Notes under the pieces: generated by a model
Database searches by the model: none
What the model saw: only the letters and a program-made list of their open reading frames with translations
What the model was told of the DNA's origin: nothing
NCBI RefSeq assembly: GCF_001642725.1
Contig: NZ_LSUQ01000008.1
Coordinates: forward strand, 62,001 to 97,699
DNA: 35,699 nucleotides
Direction: 5' to 3'
Source of the DNA: Ferroacidibacillus organovorans
Lineage (GTDB): Bacteria > Bacillota > Bacilli > Alicyclobacillales > SLC66
Part shown: positions 1-10,390 of the stretch, piece after piece
How positions within the stretch are numbered: the stretch's first letter is position 1
How the letters are laid out: each line of letters begins with the position of its first letter
Made by a program: the position numbers and the translations under genes

Positions 1-1005
1 TGCCGTCGGGTTTAATCCACATCATCACGGCAGAGCTAGCTTTCATCCCTTGCTGGCATTTGACTCGCAGACTGGCTGTTGCATCTATGACGAACTGCGC
101 TCTGGTGACGCTCACACGGCAGATGGGTTCGCAGACTTTTACGAAGCGATAAAGAAGCAGTTACCCGATGGCGTCCACATCCGTGCAATCCGTAGCGACA
201 AAGGATTCACAGGGGAGAAAGTATTTCAACCGCTAGAACAAGACGGGCAAGACTACGTCATCAAGCTGAAGTGGACAAAGCGATTGGCAGAGCTTGCACA
301 GGTGCCAAATCTCGCTTGGCGCTGCATCACCCAAAGCGATAACGAACACTGCGATGTCGCCTCCACCATGTATCGGGCAACATCTTGGGAGAAACCTCGA
401 CGGGTTGTCATTGTTCGGCGGTTAGACGTTGAACCGGAGGAAGTCCTGTGTGCGGATTGGATGTGGGAGTACGAGGCGATTGCCACAACGCTGGACTGGG
501 GTGGCGAGGATATATGGCATTTCTACAACTATCGTGGTAACGCTGAGAATCACATCAAGGAGGCAAAATACGGTTTTGCCATCGACCAATTTTCCAGCCA
601 GAACTACGGTGCAAACCAAGCACTGCAAGGTCTGAAATTGCTGGCGTACAACCTATTCCTGCTGTACAAACAAGTGGCGTTGCAACCAGCGGTTCGTCCG
701 TGGACAGCGGGACGAATTCGTCGCAGACTTCTGTTCCTACCTGGAATTCTGGTCCGACATGCAAGACAGTGGACCATGCGTCTCCCCGAGTTTGCAGATC
801 GTCTATCAGCACAGATGCTTCAGACTGTACCATAGTGATTTCCAAACCGAATCTGGGAAAGTAGTGGCCTCTGCTGGGGAGGGGGGAAGTGTGTTCAAAT
901 ACAGAAAAAAGCGCGTAATACCGTCGTGATCGCATACATATTTACCGATATATTGAATTTCCAGCCCTGCCGGGCTGGTTAATGAACAAACCGTCGAAAT
1001 CCGGG
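1..1005 (+). mobile_element. IS1380-family insertion sequence (right part); putative right end ...CCGTCGAAATCCGGG at about 991-1005
   Basis: Transposase followed by about 170 bp, then AAATCCGGG (reverse complement CCCGGATTT), which resembles IS1380-type termini. An unrelated gene remnant begins right after. The left IR is not in the window, so the end cannot be confirmed. Confidence 0.65.
2..835 (+). CDS. IS1380-family DDE transposase, 5' end outside window
   Basis: Frame is open from base 2 (AVGFNPHHHGRASFHPLLAF...). Motifs R-S-D-K-G-F and FYNYRGNAENHIKEAK and C-terminal R-R-L-L-F-L-P-G-I-L-V-R-H-A-R are typical of IS1380 (DDE_Tnp_1_4) transposases. Confidence 0.9.
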   Translation, partial: AVGFNPHHHGRASFHPLLAFDSQTGCCIYDELRSGDAHTADGFADFYEAIKKQLPDGVHIRAIRSDKGFTGEKVFQPLEQDGQDYVIKLKWTKRLAELAQVPNLAWRCITQSDNEHCDVASTMYRATSWEKPRRVVIVRRLDVEPEEVLCADWMWEYEAIATTLDWGGEDIWHFYNYRGNAENHIKEAKYGFAIDQFSSQNYGANQALQGLKLLAYNLFLLYKQVALQPAVRPWTAGRIRRRLLFLPGILVRHARQWTMRLPEFADRLSAQMLQTVP

Positions 1006-1488
1006 ATGAACATCCTTCCTAACCAATCCTATGATTTTGGGGTTGCCGGGCAGGGACCAAATAGCCTCGCCTATTTCAACGGTTTACACCCCGTCTGTTC
1101 GTTCAGAGTGGAAATGACTTGGGGAGAAAATGGTGAATGTCACGGACGATATCTTCTCGAAGGGGTATACAAAGGTTATTCTGATTGGCAGCGATATGCC
1201 ACTGATGACCTCAGAACTGCTGAATCAAACCACCTTTGACCGAGAGGTCCATGACTGCGTGCTTGGTTCCGCCGTCCAGTCCGCCAAGTTTTCCATGGAA
1301 TCGATTGGAGCACAAGCACGATCTTTAGCAAAACCCGGAACATTCTAGACGTGACAGGACACTCCTATGCGCTATTGCCAGAACACAGAGATATTGACGA
1401 CTGGTCCGACCTGGCGTTTTATGCAAATGAAGTTGCACATTTAGAACGACTGCCAAATACCTTTCGCTGGATGTTTGTGGCAGGATAA
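1006..1488 (+). pseudogene. Remnant of TIGR04282/DUF2064-family glycosyltransferase-like gene
   Basis: Stitched frames read LFVQSGNDLG / EKMVNVTDDIFSKGYTKVILIGSDMP...HDCVLG / VFHGIDWSTSTIFSKT...LLPEHRDIDDWSDL...*. There is a -1 frameshift in the G run at 1121-1124, the DGGYYLIG motif is lost near 1270, and the stop is TAA 1486-1488. Confidence 0.75.
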
Positions 1489-1778
1489 AAGTGCGAGCTA
1501 TATGGCCCTTCACAGTCCCTTATCTCGAAAGATGGTCAAACTCTGTGCGAGAGCATGTGCAATGTGTGGGCAAGAGTGTCTTCGATTTCTATACAAAGAA
1601 TCCTAAAATTGCTGGGCATATGTGCTCGAATTGCGCTGAAGAATGTCAACGTTTTGCTTCCCAGATCTCCTAGTGATACCTGCTTAGCTATTTGACAAGA
1701 CTACACCCGATGACAAAATGGGGAAGACCACTCCCCCATACACGCTCACAGATTTGGTGCAGACTCTTGCCCTGGCGC

Positions 1779-2481
1779 TTATCCCAACGGTATGGGCATT
1801 TTCACTTGGAAGAAAATAAGGTAGATGCTGGCTAAAATCAGCACCGTACCAGCGAACTTTTCGATTTTGGACGCCCATTTCTGAATGAATGACTTGACCA
1901 ACGTCGAAGATGTCAATGCGACAATGGTCAGGATGACACCCTTGCCAATTGCGTACGTGACAAGTATCGCTGCCCCGGCCCAGATGTTCGCACTTGCCGC
2001 TACGACGCCAATCACAATTATGAAAATGGGAATCGTACACGGGGTAACAACGAATCCAAACGGTAAACCAAGCATCAAAGCTTGTCCCGTCGTTTTTGGC
2101 TTTGTGGATCGCATTCGTCCAAGCATGGGCATGCGTAATTTAAGAATGCCAAGGAGTTGCAATCCCATCAGAATCCCGATTGTCGCTGGGATCCATTGAT
2201 CGAGATGATAGCCAGTGAAGAGCCTAATCAACTCTTTCCCGACAAGTGCTGCTACAACTCCAATTCCCGCTGAAGTGATCGCCATGCCCGGCGTGAATGC
2301 TGCAGAGAACGGGAACGCTTTCTGATTGCGTTCCTCCTTGCCAATCACATACCACTGAACATCAGTAAGACGGGCACATAACAAATGCTCAGCGCACTGA
2401 TAATACCTCCCAAAAAGACCAATAGAAACGTGAGTGGAGAAACGCAGTCAACCCAGCCAGCCCTTGATAAATGCTGTTCAT
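1779..2481 (-). pseudogene. ccdA: Cytochrome c biogenesis CcdA / DsbD-beta family membrane protein, frameshifted at 5' end
   Basis: ORF 1779-2384 has GLPFGFVVTPCTIP and YAIGKG motifs. The missing N-terminus (VSPLTFLLVFLGGIISALSICYVPVLLMFSG) lies in another frame at about 2350-2445, and the ATG at 2481 is in a third segment, so there are two frameshifts. Confidence 0.75.
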
Positions 2482-2554
2482 CACCCGTGCATCACCTTGA
2501 CTGATTTGACATGGTAACCCACGTTAGCGATAGCTGTGTCTAGGTTCTGAATTG

Positions 2555-3262
2555 TCACCTTGTGGTTGATCTTTTAGAAATTACAGGATTCACCTTGTGT
2601 TTACTGCTTTTTACATCATTAAAGTACTCCAGCCAGAATTCACGGTCACGATCAAATCTTCGAGAATGTTGATATATTCGTTCTCTATCGACATAGTCCT
2701 TTAACATTTTCCACTGTTCTCCGTGCATCAACGGTGTGTCCTTCAAAACATCGGAATCCGGATTGACCAGCTTTTCATAGATGGCCCATATTTCATTAAC
2801 CATTGCACTGAGGGACCAACCATCAGCGATCAGATGATGTACCTTGAAGAAAAATCCGTTTCCTACGGTTGGCACTCGCAATAATTTGAAGGTATACAAC
2901 ACATCGTTTTCAAGCGAATATACGGACTCCCCTTCAATACGTACCCAATCTTGAAAAAAAGTCTTTGGGTCAACGCATTGACCAAAATCCACAATTTCCA
3001 TATTCTTTACAGATGGTTCTTCAACGTACTGTACCCACGTATCTCCATACGGTTTAACCCGTATGTTTATTGTTTTCACCGCATGAACAAAATGAACGAT
3101 ACTTTCCTCCAGAATATCCAGGCGAATTTCTTCGTTCCCCATAGAGGTTCCCGTTAAATTGTAGATTGGAGAAGATGGATTCAATAACTGCATCGTTAAT
3201 ACGCCAGCTTGTGAACTGTTCAGTTGCTCGTACTCGACCTCTTCTGTAAGATGTTGTTTCAT
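2555..3262 (-). pseudogene. Truncated NRPS condensation-domain fragment
   Basis: HHLIADGWS catalytic motif, SPIYNL and REFWLEYF motifs. Only 235 aa (about half a C domain), with no A or T domain following. Good RBS (GAGGAGGG). Confidence 0.8.
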
Positions 3263-3285
3263 AAACTCCCTCCTCGTATAGTCAA

Positions 3286-4158
3286 TTACTCCGACGCTCC
3301 CATAATTGGAACACCTGCATTTCGAAGAGTACCCCGCAAGTACAGGAGTGATCCGCCTATTACTATAATGCCCATGACAGAAAAGACAATCGTTAGATTC
3401 AGATTAATCATAAGCCATCCGAATATCAGCATTCCCAACGGTTGAGATAGAGTAGATGCCGCACCTAACGCACCAAACACCCTCCCTTGGACGTCTGCGG
3501 GAGTAACTCGTAGTGCAACGGTATTTGTAGTTGCGTTCAGAATAGCAACAAATAGACCACTGCGCTGCATCGACAACTTTTTACTTTCCGATACACGTAC
3601 GAAGAATAGACTCACCGATGAGACTATGTACGATAGCCCGTTGAATGCAAACATAAAGGGAGCACCAAGTAACGACAATATAGTGCCGCCCCCGAATAAT
3701 CCCGCTATACCTGCGACAGATGAACCCGATTGATTCCATGCCATAGCTTTATCCATCTGAGAGTTAGGTACAATCTTAGGCATCAATGACATTTGAGCTG
3801 GATAAAAAACCGTTCCTATTAGTTCTGCAAGCGGAATTAGAAACAATATAATCATGAAATTCCGGCTGTTTACAACATGGAATATTGTTATTGAAAACAG
3901 TGCCAAGGCGACAATGCCTCGCAGGAAATCCGCAACAATCATAGTGCGGCGTTTATTCCACCTGTCTACAAGTACACCGATGAATAAACCAGCCAAGCCC
4001 GGTAATGTTTGAACTACTCCAGTCAATGTGAGATCATATTTAGATCCTGTCAATTGTAGGACATACCACGGTAAGGCAATTAGGTAGAAGTTGTTCCCAA
4101 CCATTGAAACTATCTGGCCACTGAAGAGTATCAAGAAGTTTCTGTTACGCAATAACAC
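3286..4158 (-). pseudogene. MFS transporter (DHA3/MefA-like exporter) with apparent in-frame internal deletion
   Basis: N-terminal RNRNFLILFSGQIVS and motif A GVLVDRWNKRR. After TM6 it jumps directly to the C-terminal TPADVQGRVFG segment. 290 aa versus about 400 expected. Confidence 0.7.
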
Positions 4159-4874
4159 CCTTCCACCTCATTTCCTTTCATAACCGGGCTCACACGTTAT
4201 TTTATGAAGTGCGGAACTGAGTATTCCTTAAAAGAGGGCGGTTTCCATTTGCTGCCTCCAGATCGATTTTACCACAATATTCACACTGGATCTAAAAAAA
4301 CGTCGAAAATGTTGGAACATTAAACTCAACACTACAGAATAGATCGCAATGGTGGGCATCGCAAAGAAAGGCAAGGGTGCCCCTTCGTATCGAACACGGT
4401 GAAAGAAGTTCCTACCTAAATCACAACTCCATTACACTCTTGATGATTCTTACCCTTTACCCCTACCGCCTATCAGTTGTACGATTTGCCGGGACAGAAT
4501 ACGTACTTGCTAAAGCGTTCTATAACGTTTGTTAGTTGTCATACCTTTGCGCTCTGATTAGCCCCGGTCATATTGAGGAGAATTCAGCTCTTACAGCAAC
4601 GGGTCTCACACCCGAACCGCACATGAGAGCTGTGTGACGACGTCCAGTTTGAATCGGGCGATACCCAAACTTATTCTGCTTCCGTCTCAAGTTCTTACCG
4701 CAGCAAACTCATAACCAACACAAAATCCTATGGTACGCCCCTATCTATTGTTGCCTGGCACCGCGTCCACGAGATTTTAAATAGAGTGTTCGCAGCCAAC
4801 TCGGGTGGCGGAAGGCTGGCAAGCGGCATTGTCAAGGCTGCCCTACGTCGGCCACCCACAATGCCGCTGGCGCT

Positions 4875-5400
4875 TAGTTAAAGTTCATGTGTCTCTGGAC
4901 GTGCGTGTCGCTGACAATTCTGGTGCCCTGGATGTAGGGTCAAGCAGGCTTAGCTGCATAATGTGTTCACCCTGCGCGGCACACCTTGGCTAAATTGTAT
5001 ACCTCTCGAATAGCCTCTTCGGAGGGAATCTCCTGTTCAGAGCCAGCAATCTCCGCGTGGTGCTGAATGTACGCATTCATTTCTCGTTCTGTTAACCCCC
5101 CCCCGATATGCTAACGAATCTATATTCGTTGGTCACCGCTTCCAGGTGACGAACTTTCGGCAGAGTTCGTCAGCTAGGCTGCCCGACGAGAATAAGCACC
5201 ATCGGTGCCATCCAATCTTCGCGGAAAGTCAATAAAAAGCGTATTTCCTGCAACATGGCTCCGTAACCGGTGGCTTCGTCCAAGATAATGAACGGCGTCT
5301 TCTCGTCCTGCTCGTACATGTCTAGCAGTAATTCCTAGCATTGCCGTTTCACCTCGGTTTGGTCCAGTTTTTAGGGTCAGACACCCGACATGCTGTGGCA
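4875..5400 (-). pseudogene. Degraded ExeA-family AAA ATPase (helper of Firmicutes DDE/Mu-like transposons)
   Basis: Manual translation across stops and frameshifts: TPFIILDEA...MLQEIRFLLTF...PMVLILVGQP / LEAVTQRI / EMNAYIQHHAEIAGS...EEAIREVY / QGVPRRVNTLC. Walker B and downstream motifs match the ExeA pattern. Boundaries are approximate. Confidence 0.7.
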
Positions 5401-5796
5401 AAGAAAAATTCCACCAGCACGCGTCAGCGCCTTTGGCACGACGCGCCCACCAAGCTTTGGTTCCTTCAGCTTCAATGTCGGATTACGCACGAGAAGATCC
5501 TCTTCTACCAACCATTTGAACTGGCTTTTGTAGCCCGCACTTTTGTACGAGACTGCTCGGTTACATATGCATGTGCTAATGCAGATGTTCCCACAAACGT
5601 TCTAACGTGATCGTATAAATCTCGACGTCGTCGATGTCTCGAATCAGTAGGTTATATTGCAACCGGTATGCCCGGATGGCATAGGGATAATACCTCCCCT
5701 GTACGCGGAGGTCAGATGCCCGTTTGACGCATTACGCAATCGCATGAAAGGTCCCCCTTCAGAGACGCAATCAATGAGAGGCTGCCCAGTACCCTT

Positions 5797-6303
5797 TCAC
5801 ATGAGAAACAAAGCAGCAAAGAAGAGAATCGTCGCCAACAGAACAAAGACAGCCACGGGCATACCCGATTTGGTATCCATTTGTAGCCATCGAACCTTGA
5901 ACTTTTTTACCACGGTGCTGTAGACCTTGAGCAAGAACAGAGCCAGCCACCAAATCACAAGCGTGGGCAACACGCCAAGTGCTGCCCCATAGACCATTGC
6001 CATTTTCCAATCTCCTTGGCCCCACACTTGATACAGTGTAGGTAAGAGCATGACGAGCCCAGTAAGAAATACGGCGACGAATGCACTGATATATAACCCG
6101 AACCAAACCTGTAATCCGAGAAAAGTCACCGCCCCTGAAAGGTTCCACGCGTTGGGGATTCGACGCTCTCTTCCATCAAATGACGCAGCGACAGTCGTAA
6201 AGGCAAGCAAAGTAAGCCAAATTACCTGAGCGCGTAGCGTCCATGGAGCCTCCATCATCGCGGGATTACCGAACAGAGCCTGCAAGACAATTTTGGAGAC
6301 CAA
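5797..6303 (-). CDS. Prepilin peptidase, A24 family (TadV/CpaA-like)
   Basis: FDGRERRIPN and GQGDWKM aspartate motifs, multiple TM helices, last gene of the Tad cluster. TTG start at 6303 after GGGAGG. Confidence 0.85.
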   Translation of the reverse strand: MVSKIVLQALFGNPAMMEAPWTLRAQVIWLTLLAFTTVAASFDGRERRIPNAWNLSGAVTFLGLQVWFGLYISAFVAVFLTGLVMLLPTLYQVWGQGDWKMAMVYGAALGVLPTLVIWWLALFLLKVYSTVVKKFKVRWLQMDTKSGMPVAVFVLLATILFFAALFLM

Positions 6304-6386
6304 ACCCCCACCTCCCTTGCTGTGGCGCGAATGATGCACCTGTTTGATGGTCGTTCATCCTTCGCGTCGAGGTTTGAGTATCATGT

Positions 6387-8831
6387 CTAGTGCAGATTGC
6401 CCACGAGCTCATTTTCTGGTGAGAGGTCCCAAACACTCGATATCCCGTCAGGACCGACACTCCACAGAGTGTTCTCCTGAGCCGTCGAGTCGAAGATGAG
6501 TGTCCCGCCATTTTGAATCCAGGCATCCAGTTGTGGCATTACCTGCTCCAGATTCTGCTCGAATCCACTGGTTTGCACTGCATCTACGACAATCGTTCCG
6601 TATAGATCAAGATTCGGGATTGCGGGTGTATTCAAGGAACTTACGGTTGCGTCTGGTACGGCCTGTCGAATGGCATTCACCGCTTGCGCATTGTTGCCCC
6701 AATTCGACCCATCATAAAGTAGCAATACGGGTTTTTTGCTTGGCTGAACAAAATCGTGGATGATATTGTTCCATTCCGTCGTCGCCCAACTCGCGTTGTC
6801 GTAGTAGTATTCGACGGTTTGCGTGTCAACGAGCACCTGTCCATTTCCGTACCGAAAGTAGGCGTCTGTTGGCTGTGATCCATTGGTGGCGAGAATCTGT
6901 GCGCCTTGGGGTAAATGGGTCAGGTACATATGCGATGCCCAGTTCCCGCTCCACTGTGACGGCATGCCATTCATAATCGGGCCGCTTACCAGTTGGTTCT
7001 GCGTCACGGTTACCCTTGAGCTCGCGGTTGTCCCTGCCCCAGTCGCCGTAATGTTATATGTGCCGGGTGTATGTGGAGCAGTGAAAGTAGCGCTGAAATC
7101 ACCCTGTGAATCGGTTGTGACCTCGCTCGCGGATACAGACCCGCCCGACGCTGAGAGTGTCAACGCCTGATTCGCCACGGGGGTTCCGTTAGAGGTGAGT
7201 CGACCGCTCACGGGATAACTCTGCCCAACCAGTGCTGTGCTCGTGCGTTCCTGATAAACGGCCTGTCCGCTACCTTCCTGCAGAATGTACTCCGTTGTCG
7301 CCGCTTTCCACGAGGATGGAGTTGACCCGATATAGCCGGTACTCTGCCACTTTGCAGCATCCGCAGTTGAAGCAAGGACTTCCCCGCTCGTGTCCGTTAT
7401 CTTCAAATCCATAAAAGCAGGCTGCATGCCTGCGCTGTTAAATCCGTCGGTGTTGACGCCCTCGATCACGATGTCGTTCTCACCCGCATGCAACTGCACA
7501 GGGAGTTGCTCCGTGTTGCTTGAGAACATCGGTACACCATCGAATTCTGATGCACTTGCGCCATAAGATCCGTTCGACATCGCGACAGGCTTGCCGTTCA
7601 CATAGATAATCTCGAAATCATCGACCCATCCGTTGGACAATGCGTCGGGCAGACTGATTTCGGCGGTTCCGGAAGAAGAAGTCGTCACCGTGGTATGGTC
7701 AAACTGGACACCGTTTGGAAAGTCCGGATTCTGTCCAATCCAAAAATTCATGGCTGAATCCGAGTTCCAGAGCGTATTTGTCCCTCCAATCACGGCCTGT
7801 GCCGGATCAGGAAAACTCATATTGATGGGGAGTTGTGAAAACGCGTAGAACGGAAAGTCGGTGACATTGCCATTCCAGGTGTTCACTGCACCGCTTGGCA
7901 GACTTAAATTTGGTGTCGGTACGTCCACCTGCATGAGCAAGCTGGGACTGAGCACCGTGACAGTTGTCGTCTCAGTGACACCATCCGCCATCACTGTCAC
8001 CGTGATCGCGCCGCTGGTACTTGCCGTGTACGGAATCGAGAAATATCCGTTGCCGTCCGTATACACTACATGTTCACTCGTGTTGTCAGGATAAGCTGTA
8101 CCTCCCAGCACGCCTGCGGAGACCGATATGTTCACCGCCTGGTCGGATAGGGGTTGGCCATTCCATGTTACCTGTCCCGAAAATGCCGTCTTCGAACCCA
8201 AAACCAGTTCGGAGATTGCGTTTAGCGACAGAACCGGTAGGGAAGCGCCGACAGGATACGTCACCTCTTTCGTACCTGTGTCACCCGTCTGTGGATTCGT
8301 CACCTGAAGCGATACATGGTCTCCCGGTACGAACACGAAGCTTCCCTGCCCGTCGGACCAGCTCGTTTTATCCGCTCCCCCGTATCCGGTAAATCCACTC
8401 ACCACGATACGGTCATTGCGCCACTGGGCAATCACGGGCTGCACACCGTATGTGGACGCATTCCCCGCCACCCAGTTCCGACTCTGGTCCCCAATGGTCA
8501 ACGATGTCTTTCCGGAAGCGGGTGGGTTCCCGAATCCGTATCCAGAGATGACCATCTGCGGCCCCCACGTCGACGTATCCCATGTGATGGACGCCACATG
8601 TGGTTTCACAGCACCCGGGATAATGGGCACACTTGTATCGCTGGCCCATCCCGTCACATAGGGTGGAACAGACTGGGACTGTCCCCACAAGACTTGTGCC
8701 ATGTTCGCGTTCGACTTGACCCCAACCGCCGCTTGGTGATTGAGGCTCGTCCACGCTGCCGGGAGAAACGCGACCGTCAATACGCCAATCCCAAACAGTG
8801 TCCAAAGCAGCATGCGTGTTTCTCGTTCCAT
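6387..8831 (-). CDS. Large exported protein with two Ig-like (Big_1-like) repeats; candidate pilus-associated adhesin
   Basis: N-terminal hydrophobic helix. Two similar segments (SGQVTWNGQPLSDQAVNIS...TDGNGYFS and SGRLTSNGTPVANQALTLS...TDSQGDFS). Ser/Thr/Gly-rich. Lies within the Tad operon. Confidence 0.65.
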   Translation of the reverse strand: MERETRMLLWTLFGIGVLTVAFLPAAWTSLNHQAAVGVKSNANMAQVLWGQSQSVPPYVTGWASDTSVPIIPGAVKPHVASITWDTSTWGPQMVISGYGFGNPPASGKTSLTIGDQSRNWVAGNASTYGVQPVIAQWRNDRIVVSGFTGYGGADKTSWSDGQGSFVFVPGDHVSLQVTNPQTGDTGTKEVTYPVGASLPVLSLNAISELVLGSKTAFSGQVTWNGQPLSDQAVNISVSAGVLGGTAYPDNTSEHVVYTDGNGYFSIPYTASTSGAITVTVMADGVTETTTVTVLSPSLLMQVDVPTPNLSLPSGAVNTWNGNVTDFPFYAFSQLPINMSFPDPAQAVIGGTNTLWNSDSAMNFWIGQNPDFPNGVQFDHTTVTTSSSGTAEISLPDALSNGWVDDFEIIYVNGKPVAMSNGSYGASASEFDGVPMFSSNTEQLPVQLHAGENDIVIEGVNTDGFNSAGMQPAFMDLKITDTSGEVLASTADAAKWQSTGYIGSTPSSWKAATTEYILQEGSGQAVYQERTSTALVGQSYPVSGRLTSNGTPVANQALTLSASGGSVSASEVTTDSQGDFSATFTAPHTPGTYNITATGAGTTASSRVTVTQNQLVSGPIMNGMPSQWSGNWASHMYLTHLPQGAQILATNGSQPTDAYFRYGNGQVLVDTQTVEYYYDNASWATTEWNNIIHDFVQPSKKPVLLLYDGSNWGNNAQAVNAIRQAVPDATVSSLNTPAIPNLDLYGTIVVDAVQTSGFEQNLEQVMPQLDAWIQNGGTLIFDSTAQENTLWSVGPDGISSVWDLSPENELVGNLH

Positions 8832-8832
8832 A

Positions 8833-9348
8833 TTAGGATCCCCCCTCTCCGACGACCTTGTATTCCACAGGCACTGTCACTTGCATCGGAACGGCGAATG
8901 CTTTGAGTCCGGGCACTCGCGTTGCAGCCGACTGTAGAAAAATCGGCAAGAACTCGCCCGAAACTATGACCGTCACCCGATTCCCGTTTACACCTGTCTG
9001 ACAGGACAGGTTCTCGAATGCCTGGTTCAGATGCAGATCCGACACCTCGCCTGCAAACGTCTGCTCTGCCGCAGCCGTGTACGATCCGTTCAATGCCCAA
9101 CCGGCTGAAGTGAGGAATCCCGCGCCAGAGGCGGATATGGACGGAGTGACCTGTGACTGCGCGGCAAGCGCGGCTGCAGCCGCAGCTCGACGAAGTTCGG
9201 TGCCTGCAGCGAGGCCGGATGCGAACCATGCCAGAATAAGAAGAAAAATCATGCCCACCGTTACAGAGAGAAACGCAAAATTCAGACTGAACGTATAGCC
9301 TCCCTCCGCGCGAATCCATGTCCAAATCGATCTCCAGCGTGTCATCAC
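8833..9348 (-). CDS. TadE/TadG-like minor pilin
   Basis: Basic leader, RAEGG, hydrophobic helix, then LRRAAAAAALAAQ typical of Tad pseudopilins. Confidence 0.7.
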   Translation of the reverse strand: MMTRWRSIWTWIRAEGGYTFSLNFAFLSVTVGMIFLLILAWFASGLAAGTELRRAAAAAALAAQSQVTPSISASGAGFLTSAGWALNGSYTAAAEQTFAGEVSDLHLNQAFENLSCQTGVNGNRVTVIVSGEFLPIFLQSAATRVPGLKAFAVPMQVTVPVEYKVVGEGGS

Positions 9349-9797
9349 GGCCCAACTCCTGTGTACTGGACCTCATTCCACTGCGTCGCAGACGCGGTCA
9401 TCGGGATCGTTGCCGAGAGCGCAGGTCCTCCAAACAACGTCAATGCCCTATCAAACGGAATCGGCGCGTTGTACTGAATCTCCACGCCTGCATTCGTAGA
9501 TGTGGGCGATGAATCGGTTGCATATCCCGGTTGGCTGCTTCCAACTGTTGTCGGTGTGACGGAGACGAGCGTCTGGCCATCCCACGTGGTCGGAAGATGC
9601 GCTGCCATCAGATCCGCGTTGATTTCGGACTGTGTCGCCCCAATATCCCCTGTGATCGCGTAGACCCGTGCGGCATCCTGTGCAATGGCATCCATTTTGA
9701 TCTTCGTGTCTACAAGCGGCGGTGCCAGAATCAAAATGACAGCGACAGCGAAACTGACGCAGATGGCAAACAATGTCGTGATCAGATTGCTTGGCAA
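9345..9797 (-). CDS. TadE-like minor pilin
   Basis: N-terminal TM followed by AQDAARVYAI (AxxxAR motif) and a C-terminal VEIQY...P beta pattern. Position in the operon fits. Confidence 0.7.
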   Translation of the reverse strand: MPSNLITTLFAICVSFAVAVILILAPPLVDTKIKMDAIAQDAARVYAITGDIGATQSEINADLMAAHLPTTWDGQTLVSVTPTTVGSSQPGYATDSSPTSTNAGVEIQYNAPIPFDRALTLFGGPALSATIPMTASATQWNEVQYTGVGP

Positions 9798-9869
9798 CGG
9801 ATGAACCTCCTCTAAAAAAAGATGAAGGGCAGACCGCTTGGTCCACCCTAAGATATCGAAAACAGATGA

Positions 9870-10166
9870 TTACGGTGCTTTGTAACCGCCGCTCCCGACC
9901 GATGACGTTCCGACTTGGAGCGAGCCACTTTCTGCTTGTTGCGCGAGTTGCGTTAGCCCACTTTGTGAGGACAGGCTGGTTGAGACACTGGCGGCCCCAC
10001 CCTGCGCTTGTGTCAACAAGTGTCCAATCATGAAGTACGCAATGCCGGCAATGAGGGTCACCGCGATGATCCCGACGAGCCACCAGAGACCCCGGTTTGT
10101 GTTTTCTTCGGCTGTATTGCCTGCGTCCACCAGCACCCAGCAGACTGCGCGTTTCCACTTTGTCAT
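9870..10166 (-). CDS. Second pilin-like protein (atypical Flp) with Ser/Gly/Gln-rich tail
   Basis: ATG 10166 after GGGAGGGG. Sequence MTKWKRAVCWVLVDAG|NTAEE has Glu at +5 of a putative cleavage Gly, followed by one TM helix. Confidence 0.6.
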   Translation of the reverse strand: MTKWKRAVCWVLVDAGNTAEENTNRGLWWLVGIIAVTLIAGIAYFMIGHLLTQAQGGAASVSTSLSSQSGLTQLAQQAESGSLQVGTSSVGSGGYKAP

Positions 10167-10189
10167 GTGATTGTTCCCCTCCCAAGGGT

Positions 10190-10390
10190 TCAAAACAGAT
10201 TTGTGAGATCGTTCACCATCGCTTGTAAATCCCCAGACAGTGCAGACCAGATGAGCCCTGCGGCGACGAGCACGACGATGGTCGAAAAGATCCAGAACCC
10301 GACCATGGTCACATACTCGTCCATCATGCCGCCGCCCTCTGCCTGCACAAAGCGCCGGAGCACTTTCAAGATTCTTCGTACGCTTGTCAC
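10190..10390 (-). CDS. flp: Flp-type major pilin
   Basis: 66 aa: LRRFVQAEGG|GMMDEY (E+5, Y+6 Flp motif) plus hydrophobic helix. GTG start after GGAGGGGAG. Confidence 0.75.
   Translation of the reverse strand: MTSVRRILKVLRRFVQAEGGGMMDEYVTMVGFWIFSTIVVLVAAGLIWSALSGDLQAMVNDLTNLF

Noticed and set aside
961..978. Hairpin CCAGCCC-tgcc-GGGCTGG as a separate element
   Set aside because: Falls inside the predicted IS right end; most simply an IS-internal structure.
4600..4630. Faint resemblance to group II intron domain V (reverse strand)
   Set aside because: Only a partial half-stem, no matching 5' arm and no RT remnant recognised.
5096..5104. C9 homopolymer as phase-variation switch
   Set aside because: It lies in an ExeA remnant already broken by several other stops and frameshifts.
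5434..5477. Possible sixth activator box TGGCAC-N5-GCCCAC
   Set aside because: The hexamer 21 bp downstream is TCAATG, not TAnnnT, and no credible gene follows on that strand.
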